Part shown: piece after piece, positions 29,560 through 39,826 of the stretch | Position numbering within the stretch: the first letter of the stretch is position 1 | Layout: the number at the start of each line of letters is the position of its first letter | NCBI GenBank assembly: GCA_944389195.1 | Contig: CALXLM010000020.1 | Coordinates: forward strand, 10,328 to 74,327 | Length of the DNA: 64,000 bases | Source of the DNA: an uncultured Opitutales bacterium | Lineage (GTDB): Bacteria; Verrucomicrobiota; Verrucomicrobiia; Opitutales; Intestinicryptomonadaceae | Direction of reading: 5' to 3' | Notes under the pieces: model-generated | Databases searched by the model: none | What the model was told of the DNA's origin: nothing | Seen by the model: the letters and a program-made list of their open reading frames with translations, nothing else | Program-made: the position numbers and the translations under genes

Positions 29560-32500
29560 TTATTTTAATTCCGATATCTTGGAAAACTCTATTTGCGCCT
29601 TCCCAATTATGCCCGAAGGTATCGGCCCCTGCTTCCACGACTTGTCCATGCCCTGATTATAAATGGCCTTTTTGCCCTTTTCGGGGAAATGGAATGGCAT
29701 AGTATTAGCCCAAGTCAGACGTTTTTCGGGCGGAAGCGTCGCGTCGTACAAACAGCGGTTAACCCACGTGTTGCCGACTTCAACCTCGATGTCGTTAACC
29801 CCCTCTTTCACAAATTTCGTTATGTCGAGCGTATATGGGCGCTTCCAAAGCGTGCCCGCGAAGTTGCCGTTGACCTTCACCCGCCCTATTTCCATTACGC
29901 TTCCGAAAGACAAATAAGCCCGTTCGTCGCCGGATATTTTCGGCAAATGAGCCTTTAAATCGTACACGCCAACGCCGGAGTAATTTTTTACCCGCCCGTC
30001 GGGGTGCTCCGTCCACGACGCGAACCCGCCGAATTCAGCCGACTTGGGTGCACCGTATCTATCGTCAAAGCGCACCGTGAACGGTACCCCGATTTTCACG
30101 GCTTCGCGCACCGACGAAACCGACGCCGAAGCCGACGATCCGTCAGACAGCGAAACCTCCGCCGTTCCCGCCGAAAAGAACTCGGCCGAATATCCCCCCG
30201 CCTCGTTTCTGATAAAGCGCGGCATTTCCTCATACGCAGCGGCGTCCTTCAAAGAAGCCGATTTCGGGAAAATTCTTTTGCCGTCAACAAGCGCCTCCGC
30301 GACCGACGGATATTTCGCCTCTCCCGAAAACACCACAAACACGGCGTCGTTTCGGCGCAAATAAAGGGGTATTCTCGTGTAGCCTCCGCTTTCCCTCCTC
30401 TGCACGACCTCCGCTTTTTCGGCGGTCTCCGGATTCCAGATTTCCGCCCTCTTCCCGGAAACGTCAAACGATATGTCGAAAGCCTTGTCATCCGGCGAAC
30501 AGTTCACGACATAATACCACACCGTTCCGTCTATATGCTCGCGCTTTACTACCGCCACGCCGTTTTCCGACGTAATGTACGCCGGCCTCAAACCGAGAAT
30601 CTTAGCGGTTTCGCTTGCGGAATATCCGACATAAACCTTGCCTTTGCCTATTTCCACAATCCTTTTCCCGCCTCCGCCGAAAAGCTCGTCAGCAAGTTTT
30701 TTCCATGTTTTTTCTGCGGCCTTTCCGCCGGCGAGAGTCCTATATTTAGGTGGATTTTCGGCGCACACGACAGCTCCGCCGGAAACGAGGCTCTTAAGCG
30801 CCCCAAGCGTATCCGCCTTAAACACACCGCGAGGATCCAATTCGAGAAAATCGTATTCGATTCTTCCGGGAGAGACAAGTTTGCCGCCCTTTACTCGCAA
30901 ATAATTTTTTACGCAGTCGGCGTTTATTTTATTTGAGTAGAATCCTTTTGGCAAATTCGACATTTCGGCCGACATAGGCAATTCCTCGGTCACAAGCTTG
31001 AGCACGTGAATGTCGGCCTTCCCCTGTTGAAGCATGTACTGCGAACGCGATATGTAGTCGAAAAAGTCGCGCGACAATCCGAACCACGGCATCTTTCTGT
31101 TTATGCAGCTTCCCCAAGGCTCCATCTGCCAGCCGGGCACGCGCTCGTCCGGCTGGTGCGTGTAGGAGTGGAAAACTATGGCGTTCATGCCGCTCAACAA
31201 TATCGTGTCTATGGCTCCCTTAAGCGGAAGCGGGGCGTCGGACCAATTTCCCTGCACCTGTGTGAGGGATTCGCACGTCGCCATGCCCTTGCCGAAAAAC
31301 TGCGCAGCAGCAGCCACTTCGCGGCCAGGATTGTAATTCGGTACGGCGTTAGATTTCAAATTTCTGTATTCCTGCCAAATTTCGTTTTGCGGAATGTCGG
31401 TCTGTTTAAAAAGAGAAATGCTATCCTTCAGTGAAAGCTCGCTTGTTGGTTCGCTTTCGTACTTAAGGCCGCGCGCGCGTATGCGTTCCCCGAGGCGCCC
31501 GTAAAAATTCTTAACGACCAGATGCGCCGTAAGAGACCTCAAGTCTGCGGCGAACCTTTCCGTAGCCTCCTTGCTTTCGACAACCTCGCCGAGCATCGCC
31601 GGCAGCCACGGCATGATGTCATAACCGTTAAGCTTGCGGAATTCCTCCGGCATTTTCTGGGTCCAATTTTGCGCGCCGCATTCCCAAGAGTCGGTCTCGA
31701 CGTACTTAAACACCCTGCCGGCGCCGGAACCCGCCGCGTCTATCATTTTGGAGATGTAGCTGTCGAAATGGTGGTCGGTAGCCTCCGCGCTCAGCTTGTC
31801 GCTTTCAAGGCCGCGCCCCGACGGGCTCGCCGGGTGCACGCCTACGCCGTTTGTTGTGTATCCCACGCGCACAACCTCCCATTCCCCGGCGGGAAGGCGC
31901 CAGCTTATAGAATTGTCGGCGCCGATTTTACCATTGAAAAATTTTATCTTTTTCGGGTTTATAATCGCTTTTTCGGGTACTTTTGCATCGTCGTAAACGA
32001 CATTAAAATTGTTTTTTGCCGCAGCGACCTTCGGTAAAAGCTGCGTTATATACGGAGCGTTGCGCGCTACTCTTCCGCTCGGTATAAGCTCGAGCTCGGC
32101 AATCCTTAAAAACATCTGGAAAGCGTCTATATCTTTCTTTTTAAGCTCCCTTCCTATTCTCCAATATTTGGCAGTGGTGGAGGGAAAATTCACAAAAACC
32201 TCGTTTGAGCCGAACTTTGGAACGCTTATCTTTCTGAAATTCTTGCCGTCGTCGGAAACCGCGATAAATATGCCCAGCGGCTTCCTCCACGTCCACTGCG
32301 TGTTTATGTACGCCGCCGACGCCTCGTACGGGGACTCGAACTCTATGTCTATGCCGTACATGCTGAAATCTGGAGTATTCGGCCCAACCGAGTAAACCGA
32401 TTTTATGTTGCCGTCGAACATGGCGCCAAAATTTTTCGGAAGCCGCGCGTTCTGCGAGCTCGACGGTTTTATATCCGCTATTTTTTCGAACATATCGACT

Positions 32501-33105
32501 TTTTCCGGCCTAAACGCCGGATACGCCAATACCGCTATATCCTCGTAATACGGCGGGGGAACCGGATTTTTATAGTGGTCGGAATATGCCGCCGGGCGCG
32601 GCAAAACAATGCGCTGTGCGGAACCGTCGCTCTTTACCCTCGCCCTGCTCGACGTAAGCACTTTCATCGAATATTCCGGCGTTATCCACGGCCCGCCTGC
32701 CTCCGACCAGCCGTCGCAGTTGTGTATCCCTATCTCAAGACCGTTCTTATCCGCCGTATCCACAACAAACTTAAACGTGTCGAACCAGTCTTTAGAGTTG
32801 AATTTGAGGGGGCCTTCGGGGGTTGATCCGCTGCTTACATTAAATATGATCGCCGCCCCGAAATTGTTTTTTCCCATAGCTTCGAGATCCTTTTCAATCC
32901 CCTCTCGCGAAACGTTGGCGTTGATCCAATGCCACCAAGTCTGCACTCTCGACTTTCCCTTCGGCGATACAAAATCTTCGAATAAAATTGAACTTTCCTT
33001 TGCGTCCGGATTGTAGTTCGTATATTTGTAAAACTGTTCGTCGCCGCCCGCTCCGAAGCAAGCCCCCATTCCGCATATCGACAATAAAAATAATAAATTC
33101 TTCAT
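29560..33105 (-). CDS. Secreted GH106-like glycoside hydrolase (alpha-L-rhamnosidase family)
   Basis: TWWHWINANVS, GWSEAGGPWI, GLESDKLS, TDSWE, PQNEIW, FHSYTHQP, NTWVNR; start trimmed to MKNLLF. Confidence 0.85.
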   Translation of the reverse strand: MKNLLFLLSICGMGACFGAGGDEQFYKYTNYNPDAKESSILFEDFVSPKGKSRVQTWWHWINANVSREGIEKDLEAMGKNNFGAAIIFNVSSGSTPEGPLKFNSKDWFDTFKFVVDTADKNGLEIGIHNCDGWSEAGGPWITPEYSMKVLTSSRARVKSDGSAQRIVLPRPAAYSDHYKNPVPPPYYEDIAVLAYPAFRPEKVDMFEKIADIKPSSSQNARLPKNFGAMFDGNIKSVYSVGPNTPDFSMYGIDIEFESPYEASAAYINTQWTWRKPLGIFIAVSDDGKNFRKISVPKFGSNEVFVNFPSTTAKYWRIGRELKKKDIDAFQMFLRIAELELIPSGRVARNAPYITQLLPKVAAAKNNFNVVYDDAKVPEKAIINPKKIKFFNGKIGADNSISWRLPAGEWEVVRVGYTTNGVGVHPASPSGRGLESDKLSAEATDHHFDSYISKMIDAAGSGAGRVFKYVETDSWECGAQNWTQKMPEEFRKLNGYDIMPWLPAMLGEVVESKEATERFAADLRSLTAHLVVKNFYGRLGERIRARGLKYESEPTSELSLKDSISLFKQTDIPQNEIWQEYRNLKSNAVPNYNPGREVAAAAQFFGKGMATCESLTQVQGNWSDAPLPLKGAIDTILLSGMNAIVFHSYTHQPDERVPGWQMEPWGSCINRKMPWFGLSRDFFDYISRSQYMLQQGKADIHVLKLVTEELPMSAEMSNLPKGFYSNKINADCVKNYLRVKGGKLVSPGRIEYDFLELDPRGVFKADTLGALKSLVSGGAVVCAENPPKYRTLAGGKAAEKTWKKLADELFGGGGKRIVEIGKGKVYVGYSASETAKILGLRPAYITSENGVAVVKREHIDGTVWYYVVNCSPDDKAFDISFDVSGKRAEIWNPETAEKAEVVQRRESGGYTRIPLYLRRNDAVFVVFSGEAKYPSVAEALVDGKRIFPKSASLKDAAAYEEMPRFIRNEAGGYSAEFFSAGTAEVSLSDGSSASASVSSVREAVKIGVPFTVRFDDRYGAPKSAEFGGFASWTEHPDGRVKNYSGVGVYDLKAHLPKISGDERAYLSFGSVMEIGRVKVNGNFAGTLWKRPYTLDITKFVKEGVNDIEVEVGNTWVNRCLYDATLPPEKRLTWANTMPFHFPEKGKKAIYNQGMDKSWKQGPIPSGIIGKAQIEFSKISELK

Positions 33106-33427
33106 TTCAAAATTATCCAATAACTTCAAATTATTTCAAATAAAAAAATTCAGCGGCAAATATGCATTACCTCAAAAAGGATTTGCAATAGTTTCAATAA
33201 AAACGCGCGGCAGGCATGCCGCAAAAAGCGCGAAAAAAACGCAAAAAACGAAGCGGCCCAGCTTTCAATGCCGGCTTGGAGTCGGCGCCGATAAAACCGC
33301 CGACAACGATAAATTCTCCGCGCGCGCCTACGGATAAAGTCCGGCTTTAGGCACAAGAGCCCGATGCCTTTCCGGCTTGCCGCCATTTTTCCCGAAAGCC
33401 GCCGGATCGGTCCGATCCGAAAGCGTT

Positions 33428-34297
33428 TCAATGCGCACCCAAAGCCAATTCGCGCACAAGGGCGAGTTTTTCCACTAAAGTTGCAGAAACGTCGAACTCG
33501 ATTTTTTGGAAACCGGTGTTTTCGTGGAAAAACCTAAAAGTCAAACCGTCGCAATTAGCCGCGTATGCTGCCTGGCAGCCTCCGCCGAGAGCGGTCAAAA
33601 ATTCCCTCTCGATTGAGAAAATCTCGTTTGTAGAAGGATCGGTCAAAGGAGAATAAAAAGAAAGATCGGAGCTGCGACATTCAAAAGCCACAATTCCCTG
33701 CCCCACCGCGGGCACACATATATCGACTTTTACCGGAGAAAACTTTATCCCCCCGAAAGAATCGATTCCGAGGCGCTTTAAACCGGCTTCGGAAAGAATT
33801 GTCGCGTCGGCCTCGCCCGCCGCTATTTTTCCCAGGCGGGTTTCCACATTACCCCTAAACTCCGTCCAGACGGCCTGCGGAAATATTTTCTTTAGCTGAG
33901 CCCTTCTGCGGGGGCTCCCCGAAGCTATTAGAGACGGGACAGAAACGCCGTCACGCACCGCCAATACGTCGCGGCAGGCGTCGCGGGGCAGGCAGCCTGC
34001 AATGACAAGGCCCTCGGGAATATTCGAGGGAAGATCCTTTGCGCTGTGCACAGCCAGATCGGCCTCGCCCGACAAGAGAGCGTCCTCAATCTCTTTTGTG
34101 AACAGCCCCTTTCCGCCGAACTTTTCAAGCGACCAATCCTGGCGCTTGTCGCCTGACGTCTTCACAATCACGCGCTCAAACTCGACGCCTCCGCCGATAT
34201 GCGCGCGCAAAAAATCCTCCGCCATCCGCGTTTGTATCAATGCCAGCGGACTTCCCCTCGTTGCGAGCCTTATTTTTCTCATTAAAACACCGGACAT
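33428..34297 (-). CDS. hemC: Hydroxymethylbilane synthase
   Basis: LATRGSPLAL.Q, GGKGLFTKE, AVHSAKD, RGNVETR, PAVGQG, LGGGCQ. Confidence 0.92.
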   Translation of the reverse strand: MSGVLMRKIRLATRGSPLALIQTRMAEDFLRAHIGGGVEFERVIVKTSGDKRQDWSLEKFGGKGLFTKEIEDALLSGEADLAVHSAKDLPSNIPEGLVIAGCLPRDACRDVLAVRDGVSVPSLIASGSPRRRAQLKKIFPQAVWTEFRGNVETRLGKIAAGEADATILSEAGLKRLGIDSFGGIKFSPVKVDICVPAVGQGIVAFECRSSDLSFYSPLTDPSTNEIFSIEREFLTALGGGCQAAYAANCDGLTFRFFHENTGFQKIEFDVSATLVEKLALVRELALGAH

Positions 34298-34317
34298 TTA
34301 GCCTGCATAAAAACAGA

Positions 34318-34345
34318 GCCGGCTTCGGGAAATCCCAAAGCCGGC
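34318..34345 (-). terminator. Probable terminator downstream of ilvC
   Basis: gccggctt...aagccggc stem followed on the minus strand by tctgttttt. Confidence 0.6.
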
Positions 34346-34362
34346 CTCGTTGCCGAAAAATG

Positions 34363-35424
34363 CTACTTCTTCGAAGATTTTTTCGCGGGAGCCTCAACAA
34401 GCGCCGAATAGGAAGCCTGCGCCCCCTTTATGTTCTGCTTGGCAGCCCACGGCATAAGCGAACGGAGGCGCTGCCCGACCTTTTCAATCGGGTGTTTTTC
34501 ACCGTCGGCGAGCAGCTTGTTGTAGTTCTTAAGGCCCGCCTTGTATTCAGCGACCCACTCCTTGACAAATTTGCCGCTCTGGATTTCCTTGAGGATTTTC
34601 TCCATTTCCTTTTTGGCCTTGTCGCCGATTACGCGCGGCCCGCGGGTGACATCGCCGTATTTTGCGGTCTCGGATATCGAGAACCTCATTCCGGATATGC
34701 CGCTTTGATTGATGAGGTCAACAATAAGCTTTAACTCGTGGCAGCATTCGAAATACGCCATTTCCGGCTTGTACCCGGCCTTCACGAGCGTTTCGAAACC
34801 GGCCTGGATAAGGGCGCTTACGCCTCCGCAAAGAACAGCCTGCTCTCCGAACAGGTCCGTTTCCATCTCCTCCTTGAAAGTGGTTTCTATGACTCCCGCG
34901 CGCGTCGCGCCGATGCCGTCGGCCCACGCCAGCGCGATAGCCTTTGCGTCCTTGCCGCCCTGGTACACCGCAATGAGAGCGGGCACGCCCTTGTTTTCAA
35001 GATATTGAGAACGGACAGTGTGACCGGGGCCCTTCGGGGCGACCATGATCACATTGACGTCCTTGGGGGCCTTGATGAGGCCGGAGTGAATGCTGAGGCC
35101 GTGCAGAAAAACGAGCGTCTTACCCTTCGAAAGGTTCGGCTCGATATCCTTCGCGTAAATATCCGCCTGGCGCATGTCGGGCGTAGCAATCATGATGACA
35201 TCGGCGGCCTTTACGGCGTCGGCCGTCGGCATCACCTTGAAGCCCTGTTTTTTCGCCACTTCAATAGACTTGCTTTTTGGATACAAGCCCACAACGACCT
35301 TATAGCCGCTGTCCTTCAAATTAAGCGCGTGCGCATGCCCCTGCGAACCGTATCCGATTACGGCAAGAGTCTTGTTTTTGAGGATGTTTTTATTGGCGTC
35401 TTTTTCTTTGTATATCTTAGTCAT
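34363..35424 (-). CDS. ilvC: Ketol-acid reductoisomerase
   Basis: [41 protein letters not shown]. Confidence 0.97.
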   Translation of the reverse strand: MTKIYKEKDANKNILKNKTLAVIGYGSQGHAHALNLKDSGYKVVVGLYPKSKSIEVAKKQGFKVMPTADAVKAADVIMIATPDMRQADIYAKDIEPNLSKGKTLVFLHGLSIHSGLIKAPKDVNVIMVAPKGPGHTVRSQYLENKGVPALIAVYQGGKDAKAIALAWADGIGATRAGVIETTFKEEMETDLFGEQAVLCGGVSALIQAGFETLVKAGYKPEMAYFECCHELKLIVDLINQSGISGMRFSISETAKYGDVTRGPRVIGDKAKKEMEKILKEIQSGKFVKEWVAEYKAGLKNYNKLLADGEKHPIEKVGQRLRSLMPWAAKQNIKGAQASYSALVEAPAKKSSKK

Positions 35425-35525
35425 GGCTTTGATAAATATTTATTAAACTTCCGATTAAGAACCTAAAAAACGGATATTGCAACCCATTTATAAAAAATAT
35501 ATCGCATGAAGACGAACCGCCGGAC

Positions 35526-36017
35526 CTATTCCTCGGGCATATTGCCGCGCTCGAGCGCGACGCTGCCGGTTCTTGCCATGTCGATTATGCCGAAAGATTT
35601 TATCATGCCCAAAAAAGCCTTTATTTTATTGGCGTTTCCCGTGCACTCTATAATGAGAGACCCCGCATCGACGTCCACGACCTTCGCATGAAACAGATCG
35701 GCCACCTGCACTATCTCGGAGCGTGTTTTGGAGTCCGCCTTTACCTTCGCCAAGACGAGTTCGCGCGCTACGAACGAACCCACCTGTGAAAAATCCTTGA
35801 CGTCTATCACGTTTACGAATTTGTCGAGCTGTTTGACGCATTGCTCTATGCTGTTTCTTCCCTCCTTCACGGTGACCGTTATGCGGGAATACTTTCCGCC
35901 GACGAGCGGCCCGACGTTGAGGGTTTCTATGTTAAACCCCCTTCCGCTAAACATTCCCGCAACACGCGCGAGAACGCCGAACTTATTTTCAACAAGAGCC
36001 GATATTGTATGATTCAT
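35526..36017 (-). CDS. ilvN: Acetolactate synthase small subunit
   Basis: VENKFGVLARVAGMFSGRGFNI, RTGSVALER; start trimmed to MNHTIS. Confidence 0.93.
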   Translation of the reverse strand: MNHTISALVENKFGVLARVAGMFSGRGFNIETLNVGPLVGGKYSRITVTVKEGRNSIEQCVKQLDKFVNVIDVKDFSQVGSFVARELVLAKVKADSKTRSEIVQVADLFHAKVVDVDAGSLIIECTGNANKIKAFLGMIKSFGIIDMARTGSVALERGNMPEE

Positions 36018-36160
36018 GAGTCCCGTATGAAATTTCTTCCGCGCGTTTTTGCAAGAATAAAACCCCCGCCCCATGCGGCGGTTGGCTGCGCAAAAAAAAT
36101 ATTTAAAAAAAACTTGATTCGCAATCCACTTTCCGCATTGTGTGTTAACTTAATTTTTCA

Positions 36161-36234
36161 GGGCGATTAGCTCAGTTGGTTAGAGCGTCTGTTTTACACA
36201 CAGGATGTCGCAGGTTCGAGTCCTGCATCGCCCA
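36161..36234 (+). tRNA. tRNA-Val (anticodon TAC); CCA not encoded
   Basis: GGGCGAT acceptor / ATCGCCC, D arm AGCTCAGTTGGTTAGAGC, anticodon loop TTTACAC, T arm GCAGGTTCGAGTCCTGC. Confidence 0.96.
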
Positions 36235-36456
36235 TTTTAAAGGCCCGCACGGAGCCATGTACGTCCGGAACGCTGAATTAGGGGCCGAACCGTTCGCCAG
36301 AACGAAAGCCGGAGGACTCGGCGGTTTTCCGTTTTTAAGCAACCGCAATGCGGATGAGCGCGTTTCGCGCCGCCAGCTGCACCACGCGGGAAAACGACGA
36401 CGGGTCTCTTCGAACAGTAAAAATTATAAGAAATGCATATCTTCGAACGAGAATTA

Positions 36457-37263
36457 ATGAATACGGTGTTTACCGCCTGCATATCCGGCGTAGAATACAA
36501 ATACGCCAAAAGCGCCGCCTTCGACATTTTCTCAGAAACGGATGCCCTGGAAAATTTATTGAGCGTGTACAGATACGGCAGCGATATATCGTGCGTCAAT
36601 TCGTCGAGTGTCGGTTCGCTGACGCCGTTGACCGACGAAACTGTCGAATGTTTGTCTCTTGCGTTCTCCGCGGCGCTAATCAGCCGCGGAGCTCTGGATA
36701 TATGCATGGGCGAATATTTTCTCAGGGCAAAAAACGACAACACTTTTTTTATTCCCGAGACTCCGCGCAAAGGAAAATTCGAATTCGACCCGGAAAACTT
36801 CCTGATAAAAAAAGTCTCCGAGGGCAAAATAGATTTAGGGGCGATAGGCAAGGGATTCGCCTTGGACCGCGCCGTCAAGAAGCTCACGGAAGTATGGGAA
36901 ATAGAAAGCGCTTTTCTTTCATTCGGCAAAAGCAGCATATACGCCTTCGGAAAAAATGACGGCGGCAACGCCTGGGAAATAAACCTTTCCGACACGGTAA
37001 AAATACCCATAGACAACTTCTCGGTAGGAGCCTCCGGAACTTCCGTTCTCGGTTCCCACATAATAGACGCAAGAACCGGGGAAATACCCGAAAATCAGCC
37101 GTACAGAACTTGGGCGTTCTGCGCAAACGCCGCAATAGCCGACGCTATGTCAACCGCGTTTATGGTTCTCGAAAGGGATATTATAGCTCAAATATGCGCC
37201 GAAGAAAACATCTCCGCGGCGATACAGCAAACGCCCGGCTCCGAAATAGAATTCATAGATTAA
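36457..37263 (+). CDS. apbE: FAD:protein FMN transferase (ApbE family)
   Basis: IDLGAIGKGFALD, SVGASGT, HIIDARTG, ADAMSTAFMV. Confidence 0.85.
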   Translation: MNTVFTACISGVEYKYAKSAAFDIFSETDALENLLSVYRYGSDISCVNSSSVGSLTPLTDETVECLSLAFSAALISRGALDICMGEYFLRAKNDNTFFIPETPRKGKFEFDPENFLIKKVSEGKIDLGAIGKGFALDRAVKKLTEVWEIESAFLSFGKSSIYAFGKNDGGNAWEINLSDTVKIPIDNFSVGASGTSVLGSHIIDARTGEIPENQPYRTWAFCANAAIADAMSTAFMVLERDIIAQICAEENISAAIQQTPGSEIEFID

Positions 37264-37326
37264 CCGCCAATTATTTCTGCAATTTGCGGCCATGCCCGCG
37301 CGCTTTCCGGGGGTGGCGCGTCGGCC

Positions 37327-37433
37327 GTCAACTCAAGCGACGCTGCGGAATGCGTTTGCAACATGATAACTTGGAGAAAAAGCTTACATACACTAAGGTC
37401 AAGTCAAGCGACATTGCGGAATGCGTTTGCAAC
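37327..37433. CRISPR. Orphan CRISPR-like mini-array: two 36-bp repeats, one 35-bp spacer
   Basis: Repeat 1 (37327-37362) gtcaactcaagcgacgctgcggaatgcgtttgcaac; repeat 2 (37398-37433) gtcaagtcaagcgacattgcggaatgcgtttgcaac; 33/36 identical. Spacer atgataacttggagaaaaagcttacatacactaag (11/35 GC). No cas gene in the window. Confidence 0.55.
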
Positions 37434-37448
37434 GGCGTGAGCGCTCCG

Positions 37449-37808
37449 TCAAGAATCCGCCCCGGCGCCCGTTTTTTTGAAGTGGCCGAAAACGGCAAGC
37501 CATACGCACGCGGGTTCCATGGAAGTCGAAGCCACGCGGTGCCGCACTCCCTTTTCTATTACGATCCAGTCTCCCGCGGCCATATGAACTTTCGATGTTT
37601 CAAAATCGAGGGAGGCGCTTCCGGAAAGAAGAAGCACAAATTCGTCCTGTTCCTGTTCGTACCACTCCCCGCATGTGTAGGCCTTTGAATATATGCGTTC
37701 CACTTTAAAACGTCCTTCTCCCCTGAGAATATCCTCAAATGCCTCTTTTTGATCCCCCTTAAAAGGCGCCGCCCCGAAATCGAATATGTTATTTTTTATT
37801 ATTTTCAA
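37449..37808 (-). CDS. Cupin domain protein
   Basis: VERIYS, WYEQEQDEFVLLLSG, IEKGVRHRV, CVWLAVF. Confidence 0.85.
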   Translation of the reverse strand: MKIIKNNIFDFGAAPFKGDQKEAFEDILRGEGRFKVERIYSKAYTCGEWYEQEQDEFVLLLSGSASLDFETSKVHMAAGDWIVIEKGVRHRVASTSMEPACVWLAVFGHFKKTGAGADS

Positions 37809-37824
37809 ATTTCAAACCTCCGTA

Positions 37825-37859
37825 AAAAAAGCTCCGCATTTACTGTGCGGAGCTTTTTT
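37825..37859 (-). terminator. Terminator downstream of HU
   Basis: aaaaaagctccgca...tgcggagctttttt. Confidence 0.85.
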
Positions 37860-37880
37860 AAATATTGATGCCAAAACGGC

Positions 37881-38153
37881 TTATTTCGCCTTGAAAGCCG
37901 CGCCGGGTTTAAACCTTACAACCTTGCTGGCCTTGACCTTGATCTTCTCGCGCGTTCTCGGGTTGAAGCAGGTGCGTGCCTTGCGTTCCACGACAGAGAA
38001 AGTGCCGAAACCGATGAGCTGAAGCTTTTTGTTCTTCTTCACACCAGCTTTGATGGCCTCGATTGTCGCATTAAGAGCCTTTTCGGCGCAAGCCTTGGTG
38101 GCGTCTTTGCCGAGGATCTTTTGGATTTCTTCGATGAGTTGCTGTTTATTCAT
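37881..38153 (-). CDS. hup: HU DNA-binding protein
   Basis: MNKQQLI, LQLIGFGTFSV..RKAR..FNPRT, VRFKPG. Confidence 0.95.
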   Translation of the reverse strand: MNKQQLIEEIQKILGKDATKACAEKALNATIEAIKAGVKKNKKLQLIGFGTFSVVERKARTCFNPRTREKIKVKASKVVRFKPGAAFKAK

Positions 38154-38478
38154 ATTTTTTTGTTTGGTTGTTTGTTTGAGATAAAAAATCTACTAATAAA
38201 TATTCGTAGAATATGTTGCCGATTCTAAGGGGGAACCTGCGCAAAAATCCAGTAAAAAAATCGCCGAAAGCGACTTTTGCGAAACCTTTGCAAAGAACGA
38301 ATCCTCATTCGGATATAACCCCTTAACAAACGCGAATCTACAACCGCTATTTTTGTAAGTCAACATAAATTTCAGTAAAAAAACAGAAAAAAAACGCCCG
38401 CCAATCCTTTTGGGAAAAGAGATTGCCGCCCGGGTTCCGGCTTTTTCACCTCCGCAACTTGCGAAAAATTTAGCCTTC

Positions 38479-39825
38479 CTACCAAACGAAGCCTTCGTTT
38501 CGCCTTGAAACGAGTTCCATTCCGCTATTCCGGCGCCCGCCGCGCGCCGAATATACGGCCAGCGCAAGCGCCCAAAACCGGTCGGCGTGCCCGTCCGGAG
38601 ACCTTTCCGCCCTGAAGCGAACTCCGCCCTGTGAGGATTCCTTCCTGACCGAATGCAAATCGGCCATTATATCCATATCGTTCGGAATCCGCACTGTCGC
38701 GTTTTCAAAATGCGTTCGAAGCGGATACGCGAGCTCCTCCTTTATCCTTTGCGAAAACGAAACGCCCTCTATTCTTCCGGTGCCGTAGCGTTCTGCGGCC
38801 CTTTCGGCAAATTGGCGGCCCAAACCGCTTTCGTCTATGGCCGCGCGCCGCAAGCGCGGAAGCCGGAGATATGAATGCAGCACGGTTTCCTGTTCCGAAA
38901 ACGGAACGTCTTGAAAGGTCTTGACGTCGCGCGTAAAGAGCACGTCTCCGCAAGATTCGAGAAGCCAAAAAACCGTAAAGTCGCGCGTGCGCCCGACATC
39001 CACGCCCAAATACAGGAAGTTATCCTCCGAAAAGAAACGTTTCCAATCATCTTCGGGCGCATAGGCGCACCTTTGCATGTCGTCGTAGGAAATAAACGCC
39101 GACTTGTCGTCCGAAGGCACACACATGTACTCCTGCAAAAAACTCTCTTCGTCCACGCAGGAATTCCGCACATAGTCGAAATACGCCGCCTCGTCCATTT
39201 GGGAAACTTCGTGCTCGGCGGGAAGGCTTTCCTTCAGCTTTTTCAGCAGGCCCTGTTCGAGGGCGTCCTGAAGCGTCACCCTGTGCAGCGATATCTTTTT
39301 CGGATTGCCCCCGTAGCGGATCTCCTCTACGAGCTTGTTGAAAAAATTTTCGTTTCCGCGGTGCGTGGACAGTATCTGAAGGCTTCCTCCCCATGTAATG
39401 CCCGGATACGCTATCGCATAAAGGCGCGCCGGATCCGGATGAAGGGCGAACTCATCGAGAACGCGAGTTCCCCTCTTCCCGGCCTGCGCGTCCGGATTGG
39501 ACGAAAGGGACCATATCCTGGTGCCGTTTGAAAACTCCAAAGAGTGGGAGTCCGACGCCCCAAAAAGCGTTTCTCCCGAACACTCCTCCGCGGCGGTGTT
39601 CAATATAGAGGCGAATTTTTTGCAGTCGCCGATGAAAAGCTTGGCCTGAAGCTCGTCGCGCGAGCTCACCCACGAATCGTATTTCTCCGATGAGACGCAG
39701 TGGCGGCGCACAAGCTCGTATGAAGTGGTCCAGCTCATTCCTATCTGTCTGGATTTCTCCATAAGCTTTATCCGCGAGCGGTCGGTTATCCACGCGCGCT
39801 GGTATGGAAGGAAAAACGGCCCCAT
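38479..39825 (-). CDS. Mu gp28-like large terminase
   Basis: LPYQ, KSRQIGMSW (Walker A), LDEFA (Walker B), ILST..G...F, GVDVGRTRD, HADRFWALALA (nuclease). Confidence 0.92.
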   Translation of the reverse strand: MGPFFLPYQRAWITDRSRIKLMEKSRQIGMSWTTSYELVRRHCVSSEKYDSWVSSRDELQAKLFIGDCKKFASILNTAAEECSGETLFGASDSHSLEFSNGTRIWSLSSNPDAQAGKRGTRVLDEFALHPDPARLYAIAYPGITWGGSLQILSTHRGNENFFNKLVEEIRYGGNPKKISLHRVTLQDALEQGLLKKLKESLPAEHEVSQMDEAAYFDYVRNSCVDEESFLQEYMCVPSDDKSAFISYDDMQRCAYAPEDDWKRFFSEDNFLYLGVDVGRTRDFTVFWLLESCGDVLFTRDVKTFQDVPFSEQETVLHSYLRLPRLRRAAIDESGLGRQFAERAAERYGTGRIEGVSFSQRIKEELAYPLRTHFENATVRIPNDMDIMADLHSVRKESSQGGVRFRAERSPDGHADRFWALALAVYSARGGRRNSGMELVSRRNEGFVW

Positions 39826-39826
39826 A

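Noticed and set aside
30004-30936. 310-aa plus-strand ORF, and similar Arg-rich ORFs at 5754-6755 and 12651-13676
   Set aside because: Alternative-frame or antisense products of GC-rich genes with strong family motifs.
37881-38153. HU as part of the phage-like module (Mu transposition uses HU)
   Set aside because: Typical chromosomal hup with its own upstream region and terminator; no transposase here to need it.
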